Below, piece by piece: positions 63,599 through 64,000 of a DNA stretch of 64,000 bases; the stretch's first letter is position 1; each line of letters begins with the position of its first letter. A program made the translations under genes and the position numbers. The notes beneath the pieces are model-generated. The model saw nothing but the letters and a program-made list of their open reading frames with translations. It made no database searches and was not told where the DNA came from. The stretch comes from an uncultured Gammaproteobacteria bacterium (GTDB taxonomy: Bacteria; Patescibacteriota; Microgenomatia; UBA10105; UBA927), in contig CAZVTT010000001.1 in the NCBI GenBank assembly GCA_964629685.1, positions 769,319 through 833,318 on the forward strand, written 5' to 3'.

Positions 63599-64000
63599 GC
63601 ATATATTATTGTGTACTGCTTTGGGGCTTTTAGCCTTTATTCCCTTATATCCGAAATTTCCGCTGTTGGATATTGTGAGTACCTGGGTATATATCCGCCT
63701 GGAAGATTTTCTCGTGGCTTTAGCGGTGGTTTTCCTGGGGAGCTCAGTAGTAATAAGTAAGGGCAAGTCTTTACGTACACCACTTACAATTCCGATAGTT
63801 TCGTATTGGCTGGTAGGGCTTATCTCTTTAATATTTGCCGTTGTGTTTCTCGGTAAATCCATTCCCAACTTTTTCCCCCACCTGGCATTGCTCCACTATT
63901 TGCGCCGTATAGAGTACATGGTCGTATTTTTTGTGGCATTCTTAGCTATAGTCCACAAACCGGCGCGACTAAAATATGTCATTTGGGTTTTAGTCGTGAC
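63549..64000 (+). CDS. 5' portion of a polytopic membrane protein running off the window (O-antigen ligase/Wzy-like candidate); alternative start ATG 63570
   Basis: An open frame from ATG 63549 (or 63570) to the window end. ...LYPKFPLLDIVSTWVYIRLEDFLVALAVVFL is followed by further TM segments. It overlaps the GT2 3' end in another frame. Confidence 0.4.
   Translation, partial: MSIFGLFMKKVYHWLREHILLCTALGLLAFIPLYPKFPLLDIVSTWVYIRLEDFLVALAVVFLGSSVVISKGKSLRTPLTIPIVSYWLVGLISLIFAVVFLGKSIPNFFPHLALLHYLRRIEYMVVFFVAFLAIVHKPARLKYVIWVLVV

Noticed and set aside
194-63868. Numerous 60-125-aa ORFs in the six-frame track nested within or antisense to large genes (for example 194-496, 3476-3691, 4001-4423, 5073-5354, 8379-8666, 12336-12641, 24440-24799, 35713-36213, 46231-46560, 63584-63868)
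   Set aside because: All lie inside longer ORFs that carry clear domain signatures. Their translations are low-complexity or Cys/Arg-rich with no motifs, which is the expected noise for an AT-leaning sequence.
1-64000. Search for CRISPR arrays, tandem or inverted repeats, tRNA/rRNA genes, transposases, integrases or phage genes
   Set aside because: No direct-repeat or spacer periodicity was seen. There is no IS-like ORF (DDE transposase, tyrosine or serine recombinase). No cloverleaf-like tRNA candidates turned up in the few intergenic gaps, which are mostly under 80 nt. The window is wall-to-wall biosynthetic coding sequence.

Overview
This 64 kb window is a single cell-envelope glycan biosynthesis locus. 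About 56 protein-coding genes are packed almost end to end, with frequent ATGA or 8-14 nt start/stop overlaps. I found no rRNA, tRNA, CRISPR array, transposase or integrase. Genes are in four strand blocks: a minus block at 1161-11961, a ~38 kb plus block at 12025-49989, a minus block at 49963-53822, and a plus block from 53949 to the window end.

Main gene classes:
- About 16 polytopic GT-C-type membrane glycosyltransferases. These include five paralogous GT39/PMT_2-like proteins sharing a (W/L/Q)DExxxGYNAYSIL(K/R/E)TGxDE(H/F/Y)G loop motif. There are also three paralogous YfhO/PTPS-related-like proteins with an HDxxxHxxR...RWxGxLNxxxGxP motif, plus one full and one partial YfhO-like protein.
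- Three giant (696-1169 aa) paralogous membrane proteins of unknown family.
- 8 GT2 glycosyltransferases, four of them short Dpm1/GtrB-like.
- 7 full GT4 glycosyltransferases plus one truncated copy.
- A MOP/Wzx-like flippase.
- Six SDR nucleotide-sugar enzymes: UDP-glucuronate decarboxylase, GalE, an RmlB-like 4,6-dehydratase, two CDP-paratose-2-epimerase-like proteins and one generic SDR.
- A WbpB/WbpE/WbpD-like cassette (oxidoreductase, aminotransferase, N-acetyltransferase).
- Three hexapeptide acetyltransferases and three class I SAM methyltransferases.
- A split transketolase encoded as separate N- and C-terminal genes.
- A sulfotransferase-like protein next to an APH/choline-kinase-family kinase.
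- A 3Fe-4S-type ferredoxin translationally coupled to a B12-binding radical SAM enzyme.

By eye, Shine-Dalgarno sequences are largely absent. Two internal sigma70-like promoters appear to place the transcription start on the A of the ATG (leaderless mRNAs). The composition is AT-leaning. Organism of origin cannot be determined from sequence alone. The heavy GT-C content, leaderless architecture and tight gene packing are reminiscent of uncultivated small-genome lineages such as CPR/Patescibacteria, but this is a guess.

The most interesting content is an unusually complex extracytoplasmic (polyprenyl-phosphate-sugar dependent) glycosylation system. It carries candidate sugar-tailoring enzymes: a radical SAM with its own ferredoxin, a split transketolase, and a sulfotransferase with a kinase.
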